A stretch of DNA of 60,599 nucleotides, filler included. It is 9 parts of 9 records of this genome, joined end to end, with 100 filler letters (N's around TTAATTAATTAA, not from the genome) between each part and the next. Parts side by side here need not be neighbours in the genome. Positions count along the whole stretch, not along the records: positions 35,017 to 42,151 come from SRR31156797_32521; positions 42,252 to 47,701 come from SRR31156797_32536; positions 47,802 to 54,917 come from SRR31156797_32594; 6 more parts are not named here. One strand, given 5' to 3'. Below the pieces are notes generated by a model that saw nothing but the letters and a program-made list of their open reading frames with translations, made no database searches and was not told the DNA's origin. The position numbers and the translations under genes were made by a program. Positions within the stretch are counted from its first letter, which is position 1, and every line of letters starts with the position of its first letter. Below, one piece after another: positions 40,401 through 49,878 of this stretch.

Positions 40401-40891
40401 ACGAGGGCGGACGCCTCTTGGTTTCGGGCGCCAACGTGATGCTGGGCTATCTGATGGCCGACAGTCCGGGTGAACTGCGGCCATATGACGAGGGCGATTG
40501 GTACGATACCGGCGATATCGTTGCCGTCGACGAGGCCGGATTCGTTTCGATCGTCGGCCGGATCAAGCGGTTTGCGAAAATTGCCGGCGAGATGGTTTCG
40601 CTGGGAGCCATCGAAGACGTTGCCGGCAAACTATGGCCGGGTCATGCCCATTCCGCCGTCGCCTTGCCCGATCCGCGCAAGGGCGAGCAGGTTATTTTGG
40701 TGACCGACCGGACCGATGCCGACCGCGATGCGCTGTTGGGGCATGCTCAGGGAAATGGAATTGCCGAGATCATGGTACCGAAGGAAATCTTGGTGATTGA
40801 TGCGCTTCCCTTGTTGGGGACCGGCAAAATAGACCATGTCGCCGTCCGCAATTTTGTCGAAGGTGAGATCAGCCGGGTAACGGCCAAATAG
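37454..40891 (+). CDS. aas: Trifunctional LplT-type MFS + acyl-ACP:lysophospholipid acyltransferase + acyl-ACP synthetase
   Basis: N-terminal MFS (TQFLGALNDNFFK); PlsC motifs NHVSFLD and FPEG; ANL motifs FTSGSEGTPKG, EGYGATE, YDTGD, GTGK. Confidence 0.93.
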   Translation: MTVNLLHLLRTRRFLPLFITQFLGALNDNFFKNALVILVLYRIADQVGADGPMLVTAAAGLFVLPFFFFSAVAGQLADKFEKGGLIRIIKTGEVVIMGLGAWGLFLGDVAYLMAVLFLMGTQSAFFGPAKFSILPAHLAENELIAGNGLIGAATFLAILIGTIAGGLSVLGDGGIPFVATAIVAIAAMGLLSSFFIPKAEAPSPELKINLNIASEAWAMIGRIRASRTLFLTVLGISWFWLVGAVFLAEFPAFAKDILGADEQVVTLFLTVFSIGIGVGAMLCNRLLKGEVTAKFVPFGALGMTLFILDLYAASPETPQVGAALIGVAAFLDTGASWRILADLFGVAVTAGLYIVPLYAILQARSDIETRSRIIAGNNIMNALFMVSGAFVATGLLATGFSVPEIFLVMGVINGLVAIYICGLLPDALVKAFFASVLKLCYRVEVRGLEHMSQLGDRAVIVANHVSFLDGIILGAFLPRKPTFAIDTMVAKRWWVKPFLGLANAFAVDPTNPMATKSLIKKVEAGNHCVIFPEGRLTMTGALMKVHEGPGMIADKADAPLVPVRIDGAQYTPFSRLRGKVRRRWFPRITVTIQPPRRFEIPPDIKGRARRRMAGLKLYDVMSELIYETCDQDRTLFEALIEARAIHGGGAPVVEDVERRPLNYNKLILSALVLGRKIEGFSRPGETVGFLLPNSVGAVAAFFACQAYGRVPALLNFSAGAGNMISAVETARVRTVLTSRRFVELAGLAEVVASLEQKTAIVYLEDLRRRINLIDRFAGLLAAQAPGWFHSRLKLPSDAPAVVLFTSGSEGTPKGVVLSHRNLLANRYQLAARIDFNSTDTVFNALPIFHSFGLTGGMLLPVLSGIKTFLYPSPLHYRIVPALVYDTNATILFGTDTFLAGYARLAHPYDFYSVRYVFAGAERVKDETRQAWSDLFGLRILEGYGATETAPVIAVNTPMHFKAGSVGRFLPGMEYRLESVPGIDEGGRLLVSGANVMLGYLMADSPGELRPYDEGDWYDTGDIVAVDEAGFVSIVGRIKRFAKIAGEMVSLGAIEDVAGKLWPGHAHSAVALPDPRKGEQVILVTDRTDADRDALLGHAQGNGIAEIMVPKEILVIDALPLLGTGKIDHVAVRNFVEGEISRVTAK

Positions 40892-40943
40892 GTTGCTTGG
40901 CATCGGCTGCGGGGATAAACCCGATGAAAAAGGGGAGACGCAT

Positions 40944-42151
40944 ATGCCGAAGGCCTTCAGTACCGAGATCAATACCGAATTCGCGGATCTGTTCGTCGAA
41001 GAAGAATTCAATCCCTACCGGACCTGTATTCAGGGGCTTGCCAACGAACCGTGCACGGTTCAGGCCTTGCTGCGCCGGGCGGAAAAACTGCTTGCCGGCG
41101 AATCCGGAATCGATTGTCTGGGTGCCGTCTCTCTGCCGGAAATCGTCGAACGGCTGGCCACCAACCGACCGCGCATCGTCGTCATTCAGGGCTCCGCCGA
41201 CCATCCGGCCCATCTGCTCGACCACGAACATATGCTGCGCGCCGCGGCGCGGATCTGGTTCAACGGCGGCGTTCCGTTCACCTTTGGAATACCTGTGATC
41301 TGCGACGGCACGGCGCAAAGCAACATCGGCCAAAGCTATTCCCTGGCCTCGCGAAACCAGACGGCGATGGCCGTCAACATCAATTTCGAAGGGCATTCCT
41401 ATCACGCCGCCTATGTGCTGTCGGGCTGCGACAAGTCGCCGACCGGCATCCTGTCCGGCCTGGCGGCGGCCGATCTGGCCAGGCGCAATCCGGGGCGCGG
41501 CACGGCGCCGGTGTGGGCGATGTTCGCGCCGGCCCACGTGTTGCGCGGCGGCGAAATTCCGACCGACGCGATGAAAGGGATCGAAGCCCTGCAGGAGCGT
41601 GCGCGCGCCGCCGGCGAGGACGACCTGGCCAAGGATCTGGCCGAAAACAGCAAATACATTCTGCAATGCACCAGCGACGAAGCCTTCCTCGGGCAATTCA
41701 ACCGGGCCGTCGATGCCGGCCTGATGAGCCAGGCCGAAGCCGATGACATCCTCGATCAGCTGGCCGCCGCGACCTGCCACGAAGACGGCGGCATCTGCGC
41801 CTTCAACGGTACCGGCAATTCGTCGCGCACCCTGGTCAGCGCCCTGGGTTTTGCGCCCTTCGAGGTCGAGCTTCTGACCGGCGCGCCCGAGACCGAGGTC
41901 GTCAATTCCGCTGTCGACCAGCTTTTCCGGGCGGTCAACAAAGCCGAGTTCAGCGTCCTCAATATTCTCGAGCGCAACTACGCCAACGCCGTACGCATCC
42001 ACGCCGCGACCGGCAGTTCGACCAACCTGATGCTGCACATGCCGGCGGTCATGCGCCATGCCGGCATCGATGTCTCGGTCCATGACTATGTTCGGGTCCA
42101 GGAATCCCATCCGGTGCCCGACATTTTCGCCCACGACCTGAAATGCGGCCG
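40944..42151 (+). CDS. IlvD/Edd-family Fe-S dehydratase, divergent, 3'-truncated
   Basis: ICDG, GCDK, GICAFNGTGN, HAATGSSTNLMLH motifs; GGAGA RBS. Confidence 0.8.
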
Positions 42152-42251
42152 NNNNNNNNNNNNNNNNNNNNNNNNNNNNNNNNNNNNNNNNNNNNTTAAT
42201 TAATTAANNNNNNNNNNNNNNNNNNNNNNNNNNNNNNNNNNNNNNNNNNNN
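42152..42251. other. Synthetic contig spacer
   Basis: 44N + TTAATTAATTAA + 44N. Confidence 0.99.
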
Positions 42252-43118
42252 CCCAGGGCATGCCTCATCGGTTGGATGGACATCGTCCGTAATCGTATCC
42301 CCGATACGCACGTCAGACAGCGTTTTGACTCCAGCGAAAAGATACCCGACATCCCCGGCAGACAATGAATTCTTAGCCTGGGGAGTCGGTTGAAACTGCC
42401 CGATCTCCGTCACAAGATACGACCGTTCCTGTGCCATCAGTCGGACTTTCATTCCCTTTTTGACAACCCCATCCATGACACGAATATGAGAAATCACCCC
42501 ACGGTGAGGATCAGCTTTCGCATCATAGATCAGCGTCTTCAAGGGTTTTTTCGGATCCCCGCTGGGAGCTGGAATTCTCTCGCAGACAGCATTCAGCAGT
42601 TCCTCGATCCCAAGCCCAGTCTTCGCAGAAGTGAAGACCGCCTCGTTCGCGTCGATGCCCAGCACCTGCTCCAGTTCCAGCGCGACATCCTCAGGCGAAG
42701 CCGTAGGCAGATCGACCTTGTTAATGACAGGAATAATCTCGACATTGGCATCTACCGCAAGGTACGCATTCGCGACTGTCTGGGCCTGCACGCCCTGCGC
42801 GGCATCCACAAGCAGCAGCACACCCTCGCACGCAGCCATTGCACGCGACACTTCGTAATGGAAGTCCACGTGCCCGGGCGTGTCGATCAGGTTCAGCGAA
42901 TACTCATGCCCGTTGTATTTCCAGGGAATCGTTGCCCGGTTCGCCTTGATGGTAATCCCCATCTCGCGTTCCAGTTCCATATCATCCAGGAATTGCTCCC
43001 GCATCTGCCGCTTCTGAACAACACCTGTATGCTCGAGCAAGCGGTCCGCAAGCGTACTCTTGCCGTGGTCAATATGGGCGATGATCCCGAAATTCCGAAT
43101 ATACTGCAGTTCTGACAT
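42252..43118 (-). CDS. lepA: Elongation factor 4 (LepA), 3'-truncated
   Basis: IRNFGIIAHIDHGKSTLADR, LNLIDTPGHVDF, QTVANAY, SAKTGLG. Confidence 0.97.
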
Positions 43119-43270
43119 TGGTCTCCTGTCCACCTTAGGTCATAGAACAGGCATTATAGTAAGAATCACATCCCCACGCGAGTGGCAGATTATCTGTCTC
43201 ACAGGCCCCACAAGCATTATCGGCTTATCCTTCCCCTCAACTCACCAGAATTCCGGTAGTGTCCACTCCT

Positions 43271-43361
43271 GTAGGGGCAGACCTGTGTGTCTGCCCTCTT
43301 CTGCCTGAAAATAAGTCACCCAACGCTTTTACATCTGTAGGTAGGGACCTGTGTGTCCGCT
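43271..43361 (+). repeat. Two GTAG-type REP-like elements (one intact, one degenerate)
   Basis: GTAGGGGCAGAC-CTGTGT-GTCTGCCCT at 43271-43297; GTAGGTAGGGACCTGTGTGTCCGCT at 43337-43361. Confidence 0.7.
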
Positions 43362-43366
43362 CTCAT

Positions 43367-43393
43367 AAAAAAAGGCGACCCGAAGGTCGCCCG
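43367..43393 (-). terminator. Intrinsic terminator of the 43437-44555 gene
   Basis: Minus strand GGCGACC-TTCG-GGTCGCC followed by T7. Confidence 0.85.
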
Positions 43394-43436
43394 GATTTTT
43401 GAATTTTCCCATTTTGACTTTTGTAATTTCACGGAG

Positions 43437-44555
43437 TCATTGAGGCTTCCGCGCTTGAATCCGATTCAGCTTGATGTCAACCAGCTCCATCCGCTTCTCC
43501 CACTCAGGCTCCACGAGAATCTCCGACAGATCTTCTGCTGTCATCTTTCCTACGATGCGGTATGTCGCCAGCCCCTTGGTGAACTCATAGTGTACCTTTT
43601 CGATCTTCTCGATTTTCGCAAGAGCCTTCTTGATCTTGATCGCCTCTGCCACAGTCAGCCCTTCGACCTCGATCCGGATATGACCGCCAGCCGTGATCTG
43701 CGTCGACCACGTCCGCATCACATCTTCATACAGGTTGCCCATGAGGCTTTCCGCCGCCTTGGCCAGCGCTTTCCGGCCTGCCTGCGGACTGTGAGAATAC
43801 ATCCCTCGCGATCCTGATCGCCAGTCGAGTTCGGATTCACTCGCGAGCAGCTTTCCCGTGTCCGCGTAGTACACCTTCAGTCGGCAGTCGCCATTATAAA
43901 AAGCGATTTTCTCCCCGTAGATATTCTTCACACCCGCTGCGTTGGCATTGGCTTCCCCGACAATCATGATCTGGGCATCGAACTCCTTGGCAATGGCCTG
44001 CAGCTTACGGGTGTTGCCCTCGGAATCTGCATCCGCTGCTTCGCGGGCCGCGATCTCACGCACTTGTTTTCCGGCAAACACGTCAAAGCCGATCCGATGC
44101 AGCCGTTTTTCGATTTCCGTCTCCAGGATACTCGTGTCCTGCACCTGGTCGTCGATCTTCTCCGTGATCATCACGACGATGCCCGGTCGTCCGATCTGGT
44201 CGAGTACGTTCTGAACCTCAGCCCATGAACTGGCAATCGCATCCGGATCAACCTGCGCCCGGATCTCGACCTTCCAGATTCCTCCGAGTCCCTCGGCCTC
44301 GCGAAGCACTTTGTAGCCTTTGACAATGCCATCAGCCCGGGAGTAGATCGTATCCCGGATCAACTCAAAGTTCTCCACTTTCGAATGCGACGAAATCTCC
44401 ATCTTTCCACCCTGTTCCAGGGCTCTCCGGAGAGCATCCTTGGTAGCGGTTTCTTTCGAAATACCTTCGCCCGTAACAGTCACAGTTACGATGCCGGCTT
44501 GAGAAGCCAGGGCTGCGAATAGAAGCACCGCAATGGATGGAATGAGTTTATGCAT
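43437..44555 (-). CDS. Exported hypothetical protein with an LPP20/FlgT-like N-domain and a TolB-N/CsgG-like middle domain
   Basis: Signal peptide MHKLIPSIAVLLFAALASQA; VTVTGEG...A.KDALRRALEQ; DAQIMIVGEA...YADTGKLLAS. Confidence 0.65.
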   Translation of the reverse strand: MHKLIPSIAVLLFAALASQAGIVTVTVTGEGISKETATKDALRRALEQGGKMEISSHSKVENFELIRDTIYSRADGIVKGYKVLREAEGLGGIWKVEIRAQVDPDAIASSWAEVQNVLDQIGRPGIVVMITEKIDDQVQDTSILETEIEKRLHRIGFDVFAGKQVREIAAREAADADSEGNTRKLQAIAKEFDAQIMIVGEANANAAGVKNIYGEKIAFYNGDCRLKVYYADTGKLLASESELDWRSGSRGMYSHSPQAGRKALAKAAESLMGNLYEDVMRTWSTQITAGGHIRIEVEGLTVAEAIKIKKALAKIEKIEKVHYEFTKGLATYRIVGKMTAEDLSEILVEPEWEKRMELVDIKLNRIQARKPQ

Positions 44556-44783
44556 ATCGTATCTCCTATCGTGTTGTACCGTGCCCATTCCGAACCAAAG
44601 CGGTTCGGAATGTATTCCACACCATTATGACACAGCAGCTACTGAATTGTTAGTATCGAACAGGAAAAAACAGATACGGCATTGAGCTTTCGAATAGCCA
44701 CTTTTACAAAGCCTGACTTGCCATCACAGCCCGGCAAGCTAGAATCACCGCTTTCCAGTAGGGATCACTTTGGGGAGAACAAT

Positions 44784-45680
44784 ATGAGTGATAACTGTAC
44801 TGCTGTCGTAGAAACCAATCTCGCAAACCTCACACCCCGCCGTGGGAAAGTCCGCGACGTCTACGATCTCGGAGAAGAACTGCTGATCGTGGCAACTGAC
44901 CGCATCAGTGCGTTCGATGTCGTACTGCCGACTCCCATCCCAGGCAAAGGTGAGATGCTTACAAGGCTCTCGAAATTCTGGTTCGATATGCTGAGCGATC
45001 GCATCGAACACCACCTTCTCGAAATCATCGAAGACAAAGCCCCGGAAGGCATGGAAGGGGACCTCGATATTCTCCGTGGTCGTACCATGCGTTGCCGGAA
45101 AGCCGATGTGGTGCCCATCGAATGCATTGTCCGCGGGTACGTGGCTGGCTCAGGCTGGAAGGAATACCAGAAGTCCCGCACGGTATGCGGCATCCCGCTA
45201 CCCGCTGGTCTGGGAATGTGTGAGAAACTGCCCGAACCGATCTTCACCCCGAGTACGAAGGCCGAAGTCGGTCATGATGAAAACATCTCCTTCGACCAGG
45301 CCTGCGAACTGGTCGGAACACAGAAGATGACAGCTCTTCGCGAACTCAGCCTGATGGTTTATGAAACCGCTGCTGCCCACGCTGCAGAACGCGGAATCAT
45401 TATCGCGGATACCAAGTTCGAATGGGGTATGATTGGCGACTCGTTTATCCTCATCGACGAAGTACTGACGCCCGATTCGTCCCGCTTCTGGCCTGCAGAC
45501 AAGTATGAAGCAGGACGCGATCAGGATAGTTTCGACAAGCAGTACGTTCGCAACTACCTGCAGGAACTCTGCAAAGCTGGAAAGTGGGACAAAACCCCTC
45601 CAGGTCCCGAACTGCCTGAAGAAATTGCACAGAACACCGCAGCAAAATACAGGGAAGTTCTCGACATCCTGACCAGCTGA
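44784..45680 (+). CDS. purC: SAICAR synthetase
   Basis: RGKVRDVY, TDRISAFD, ECIVRGY, FTPSTKA, ADTKFEWG, DEVLTPDSSRFW, DKQYVR. Confidence 0.97.
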   Translation: MSDNCTAVVETNLANLTPRRGKVRDVYDLGEELLIVATDRISAFDVVLPTPIPGKGEMLTRLSKFWFDMLSDRIEHHLLEIIEDKAPEGMEGDLDILRGRTMRCRKADVVPIECIVRGYVAGSGWKEYQKSRTVCGIPLPAGLGMCEKLPEPIFTPSTKAEVGHDENISFDQACELVGTQKMTALRELSLMVYETAAAHAAERGIIIADTKFEWGMIGDSFILIDEVLTPDSSRFWPADKYEAGRDQDSFDKQYVRNYLQELCKAGKWDKTPPGPELPEEIAQNTAAKYREVLDILTS

Positions 45681-45810
45681 TTGTTCTGCTACAGAATAAA
45701 GAGTGCCTTGGGAAAATGAGATTTGGAAATCACGCCGGATTTTGTGCGACGTAGCCAGGCGGACAAAAGACCAGCGAGGACGAAAACTTTTTTTCAATGT
45801 ACCCTGAAAT

Positions 45811-45849
45811 ACGAAGGGGGTATGAACACGCTGGTTCATACCCCCTCGT
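45811..45849. terminator. Long hairpin between convergent genes
   Basis: ACGAAGGGGGTATGAAC-ACGCTG-GTTCATACCCCCTCGT. Confidence 0.6.
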
Positions 45850-45872
45850 TCATGTGACAGGGTTTGCTGTTG

Positions 45873-46697
45873 TCAGTATTCTGCTGGAGGGATCCCTTCG
45901 AGGCGGGATTGTTTCAGCCGTTCAGCATCAAAAGGCTCAGGGATGATAGTGATTTCACCACCCATCGGGATCTCTGCCTGTTGTTTGTAGACGTTTCCAT
46001 TCGGTCCCACCCAGGCTCTTGCATTCTTCGCTTCGACAAGGAAGCATTCGATAATTCCATCTCTGGTTGCGATCTCTTCGGTCCCCGTCACTTTCACCAG
46101 CATCGGGATGAACCGGTCTCCCATATTCGGAAGGATCGCGGCAATCGGATTGAAGACCTGCATTTTCCAGCTCTGCCCGACTTCAAGGTTCGGCAGCGTT
46201 GAGAAGGGCTTGAAACAATCGCCGACCATTCCGGAAGACTCATCCTCGAGCCGGAAGTTTCGCTTGATGGGACCCGCGTCCAGGTGAAATCCCATCTGAT
46301 CCCCGAACCGCTCCCCGCGAAGCTCGATCGGGAAACCTGCACCAAAGATGTCGACCGCCAGTTCATCGAGTCTGTGATCTTCATCGAAGGTCGAGTCCAC
46401 TTCGACCAGCAGCGCAGGCATGCTCCTGATCGGAGGCTTTGTGATGTGCGCTGTGTCGACACGACGCAGGCGTTCGGCGGTCTTAATGTATTGGGTCCAC
46501 AGTGAACCGATTCGAACTCCATTGGCATCGAAGATCGCGTACTGTTGTTCTTCCTGGTCCAGGGGGATGTCATCAACGGTTGCATTAGCAGGAGGGGCCT
46601 GGGCAGTCCATGCCGGGATGACGTCATTCCAGAACAGCCACGACATGGCAGCAAGCCAGGACAGAATGATTGCGGGGCCGGTCATCCGTGAAATCAT
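45873..46697 (-). CDS. Hypothetical membrane-anchored beta-rich protein
   Basis: AGGAGG RBS before ATG 46697; N-terminal TM (AIILSWLAAMSWLFW). Confidence 0.75.
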   Translation of the reverse strand: MISRMTGPAIILSWLAAMSWLFWNDVIPAWTAQAPPANATVDDIPLDQEEQQYAIFDANGVRIGSLWTQYIKTAERLRRVDTAHITKPPIRSMPALLVEVDSTFDEDHRLDELAVDIFGAGFPIELRGERFGDQMGFHLDAGPIKRNFRLEDESSGMVGDCFKPFSTLPNLEVGQSWKMQVFNPIAAILPNMGDRFIPMLVKVTGTEEIATRDGIIECFLVEAKNARAWVGPNGNVYKQQAEIPMGGEITIIPEPFDAERLKQSRLEGIPPAEY

Positions 46698-46903
46698 GGG
46701 AACACCTCCTCGTTCAACAAGAGGAATCGCGGATTCGAAACAGATCAAATCCTCATCTGTATAATTATTTCCTTGTCATGGCAGAATCCTACAGAGATTC
46801 CGGGCTCTTTCTGTTTAAGATTGTAAGAAAGATCTTCGCTATCGTACACATCAGGAGGTTTCCGGGTATACTGCCCCCTCACGGCTCTACAGGAAGGGGT
46901 TTC

Positions 46904-47626
46904 ATGGTGCGAGGGAAATGGAAAAAACGAATTGCAGCGATCCTCGGAGGCTCCCTGGCACTCGGAATTATTGTGATCCTCTGGCTGGGGCTGGCTGCGA
47001 CCCATATCCCGTCCTGGTACAACCCTCCCGATGTCCCGGAAGCCGAGTACCAGCAGGTGCGAGACTCACTGACCAGCCTGTTTGCGGAATTCTCAGACAA
47101 CCTGATCAGGCGAAAACCATTCGAGATTTTGGTTACCGGCGAGCAGGTCAGTAAGTGGCTGTCCATACGGGCATCTATCTGGACAGAAGCCGAAGACTGG
47201 CTGCCCCCGGAACTCACGGATCCGGTTGTCGTCTTCCAGGATGAAGGTATCCATGTCGGAGCCCGGGCGGAAAAAGAAGGCTGGCAAGCCATCGCCAGTT
47301 TGAATCTCTCTTTTGATGTCGAAACGGACTGGATCACCATCCGCCTTGATCGGATAGCGATGGGATCACTGTCCATTCCTCAGTCACTGGTCGCAGGACC
47401 TCTGGACGATGTCCTGGGGGCGGAAGGGGCAGACGTCGATGTCATGCCGGATTTGATGTCTGATGCAGTAAGAAAAATCCGGGATGAAGGCGGAGCCTCC
47501 TTCCTGGAGGAAGGCTTCAGAATCGAAAACCGCTTCCATTGGCAGAACGGCAAACGCTGGTTCAAAGTAAACCAGGCCAGGGTTGAGGACGACAGCCTGA
47601 TCCTGCTGATCGAACCCCTGAACTGA
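46904..47626 (+). CDS. Hypothetical membrane-anchored protein
   Basis: Basic N-terminus plus TM helix, then PSWY; alpha/beta body. Confidence 0.7.
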   Translation: MVRGKWKKRIAAILGGSLALGIIVILWLGLAATHIPSWYNPPDVPEAEYQQVRDSLTSLFAEFSDNLIRRKPFEILVTGEQVSKWLSIRASIWTEAEDWLPPELTDPVVVFQDEGIHVGARAEKEGWQAIASLNLSFDVETDWITIRLDRIAMGSLSIPQSLVAGPLDDVLGAEGADVDVMPDLMSDAVRKIRDEGGASFLEEGFRIENRFHWQNGKRWFKVNQARVEDDSLILLIEPLN

Positions 47627-47634
47627 TTCAGACT

Positions 47635-47701
47635 TTACGAACCCGCAGGGTACGCAGTCTGGAACCGCGACGCATCCTCAATATCGACATCACCATCACC
47701 G
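47635..47701 (-). CDS. C-terminal fragment with a dockerin/EF-hand-like motif (not in the ORF track)
   Basis: The minus strand reads GDGDVDIEDASRFQTAYPAGS*. Confidence 0.6.
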
Positions 47702-47801
47702 NNNNNNNNNNNNNNNNNNNNNNNNNNNNNNNNNNNNNNNNNNNNTTAATTAATTAANNNNNNNNNNNNNNNNNNNNNNNNNNNNNNNNNNNNNNNNNNN
47801 N
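47702..47801. other. Synthetic contig spacer
   Basis: 44N + TTAATTAATTAA + 44N. Confidence 0.99.
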
Positions 47802-47831
47802 CAGATAGGCCGTCTTTTCTTCTTTGGTCAT
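47802..47831 (-). CDS. Start of a truncated gene (MTKEEKTAYL...)
   Basis: AGGAG RBS, ATG at 47831, own promoter upstream. Confidence 0.55.
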
Positions 47832-47901
47832 TTAGTCATCTCCTACAGATATCCGGATGAAGCAATGCGCATGATTCGGAAACATGTGGACTTTCTCAGA
47901 T

Positions 47902-47949
47902 AAAATATTTTGATAGATTGATTCTAGCGTCAGAAAATATTTTGGTCAA
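47902..47949 (-). promoter_or_regulatory. Sigma70 promoter with AAAATATTTT boxes
   Basis: TTGACC(47949-47944)-17-TAGAAT(47926-47921); boxes at 47934-47943 and 47902-47911. Confidence 0.7.
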
Positions 47950-48032
47950 TGATAAATCCCTTTAAATAGAATTATATGGCAATAATATGATTTAAAAAAT
48001 ATTGTGAGAAGGGTGATAATATTTTATTGAAT

Positions 48033-48065
48033 AAAAAAGGCTGCCCCATGTGTATGAGACAGCCT
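48033..48065 (-). terminator. Intrinsic terminator after dctM
   Basis: Minus strand AGGCTGTCTCAT-ACAC-ATGGGGCAGCCT followed by a T-run. Confidence 0.75.
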
Positions 48066-48083
48066 GGAAAGGAGGGAATAATT

Positions 48084-49364
48084 CTATTGAAAAAGATTCG
48101 GGAGAAAGAGAACCACCGACGGGATATAGGTTATCATCAGCAGTATGACCGCGCCCACGATGAAGAAGGGGCGGGATGCCAGAACCGATTCGTGAAGAGA
48201 GCATTTTGCAATCTTGCTGGCCAGGTTCAGGCAGAGGCCTACGGGAGGTGTTACAACGCCCAGACAGAGGTTGAACACAAGGATGACTCCCAGATGCACC
48301 GGATCGATTCCCATATTGACGCAGAGGGGATAGAGGATGGGGACGAAGATCAGAAGGGCCGCGTTGGCTTCGACGAACATTCCCACCAGAAGCATGAAAA
48401 GGTTTATCAGCAACAGTACGGTCCATTTGTTGTCGGTCACCGCAAAGATCATATTGCTGACGATGGTGGGAACCTGGGCGACGATCAGCATATAGGAGAA
48501 GAGTTTGGCGGCGCCGATGAGGATCATCACCGAGGAGATCAGGAGAAGCGACTCCTTCAGGATAATATAGATATCCTTCAGAGAGCGGATCCCCTTGTAG
48601 ATGAAGACTCCTACAAAGAGGGAGTAAACGGCGGCGATGGCGGCGGCTTCTGTGACGGTGCTGATTCCGAAGAGTATGGATCCGACGACGACTATGGGCA
48701 TCAGGATGGCCCAGAACACCTCTCTCAGGCTCTTCAGCTTCTCCCGCCAGCTGGTCTTGGCATGACGGGGGTAGTTCTTCCTGTTGGAGATGACCGCGAC
48801 GGCAATCATAAGGCCTACGCCGAAAAGCAGTCCGGGGATGGCGCCTCCGATAAATAGCTTTGTGATGGAGACCCCCGTGATGATCCCGTAGACGACCATG
48901 GTGATGCTCGGCGGAATGATAGGGCCCAGACCGCTGGAAAAGGCGGTTACCGAGGCGGAAAAGCCCGGTTCGTATCCCTCTTCCTTCATCGTGGGAATAA
49001 GGATGCCTCCGATGGAAGAGGTGTCGGCTACGGCCGATCCTGACATGCCTCCGAAGAGCATGCTGGACAGGACGTTGATCTGCGCGAGGCCTCCCTTGTA
49101 GGAGCCGACGAAGCTGTTGGCAAAGTCGACGATCTTGCTTGTGATACCGCCGTAATTCATAGCGTTGCCGGCTACGACGAAGAGGGGGATCGCCATAAGG
49201 GAAAAGGAATCGATTCCTGAAAAGATCTTCTGGGCCACCATGGAAAGGGGGGTGTGCAGAAGGAATACGGCTGAGAATATGCTGGACAGGCCCAGTGCGG
49301 CGGCGATGGGTACGCCCAGGAACGCCAGGACGACGAAGACCAGCATGAGGGACATGATAAGCAT
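48084..49364 (-). CDS. dctM: TRAP transporter large permease
   Basis: FSLMAIPLF, FGGMSGSAVAD, GPIIPPSI, GIDPVHLG, TPPVG. Confidence 0.96.
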   Translation of the reverse strand: MLIMSLMLVFVVLAFLGVPIAAALGLSSIFSAVFLLHTPLSMVAQKIFSGIDSFSLMAIPLFVVAGNAMNYGGITSKIVDFANSFVGSYKGGLAQINVLSSMLFGGMSGSAVADTSSIGGILIPTMKEEGYEPGFSASVTAFSSGLGPIIPPSITMVVYGIITGVSITKLFIGGAIPGLLFGVGLMIAVAVISNRKNYPRHAKTSWREKLKSLREVFWAILMPIVVVGSILFGISTVTEAAAIAAVYSLFVGVFIYKGIRSLKDIYIILKESLLLISSVMILIGAAKLFSYMLIVAQVPTIVSNMIFAVTDNKWTVLLLINLFMLLVGMFVEANAALLIFVPILYPLCVNMGIDPVHLGVILVFNLCLGVVTPPVGLCLNLASKIAKCSLHESVLASRPFFIVGAVILLMITYIPSVVLFLPNLFQ

Positions 49365-49867
49365 TACCGGAGCTCCTTGTTTCTTTTGATTTCCCTAAGG
49401 CCGATGATATCGGCGATAACTCTTTCGATAAGGTAGATGATGCAGATAAGCGAGCCTATGATGAACGACAGGTAGATGTAGAACATGGAGAATCCCAGCC
49501 CCGGGATAATCCTGTTTCTCGCCGCCGGGATCAGCTCCAGAATGGATTTGAGGAGCACCAGGCAGAAGATCATCTCCATAACGGTGATGAAAAGCTCATT
49601 CAGCTTGAGCAGGACCGGTCTGTTTTTCATAACGGTTGATTCGAGTATGTCCACGCGAATATTGTCCTTTCTCCGGATAACGACTCCGAAGAGGATGACC
49701 GTGATCCAGACATTGCCGTACCTGGCGAACTCTTCGATCCAGATGGAGGAGCTGCTGAACAGATAGCGGGATACCACCTGGTAGAACAGGACCCCGATTA
49801 CCGCGACCAGCAGTACGGACATCGCCCTCAGACAGATATTTTCAATCATATCCAGTATTTTTTTCAT
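49364..49867 (-). CDS. dctQ: TRAP transporter small permease
   Basis: Four TM helices; QVVSRY, WIEEFARY, NIRVD. Confidence 0.93.
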   Translation of the reverse strand: MKKILDMIENICLRAMSVLLVAVIGVLFYQVVSRYLFSSSSIWIEEFARYGNVWITVILFGVVIRRKDNIRVDILESTVMKNRPVLLKLNELFITVMEMIFCLVLLKSILELIPAARNRIIPGLGFSMFYIYLSFIIGSLICIIYLIERVIADIIGLREIKRNKELR

Positions 49868-49878
49868 GATCCACCTCT

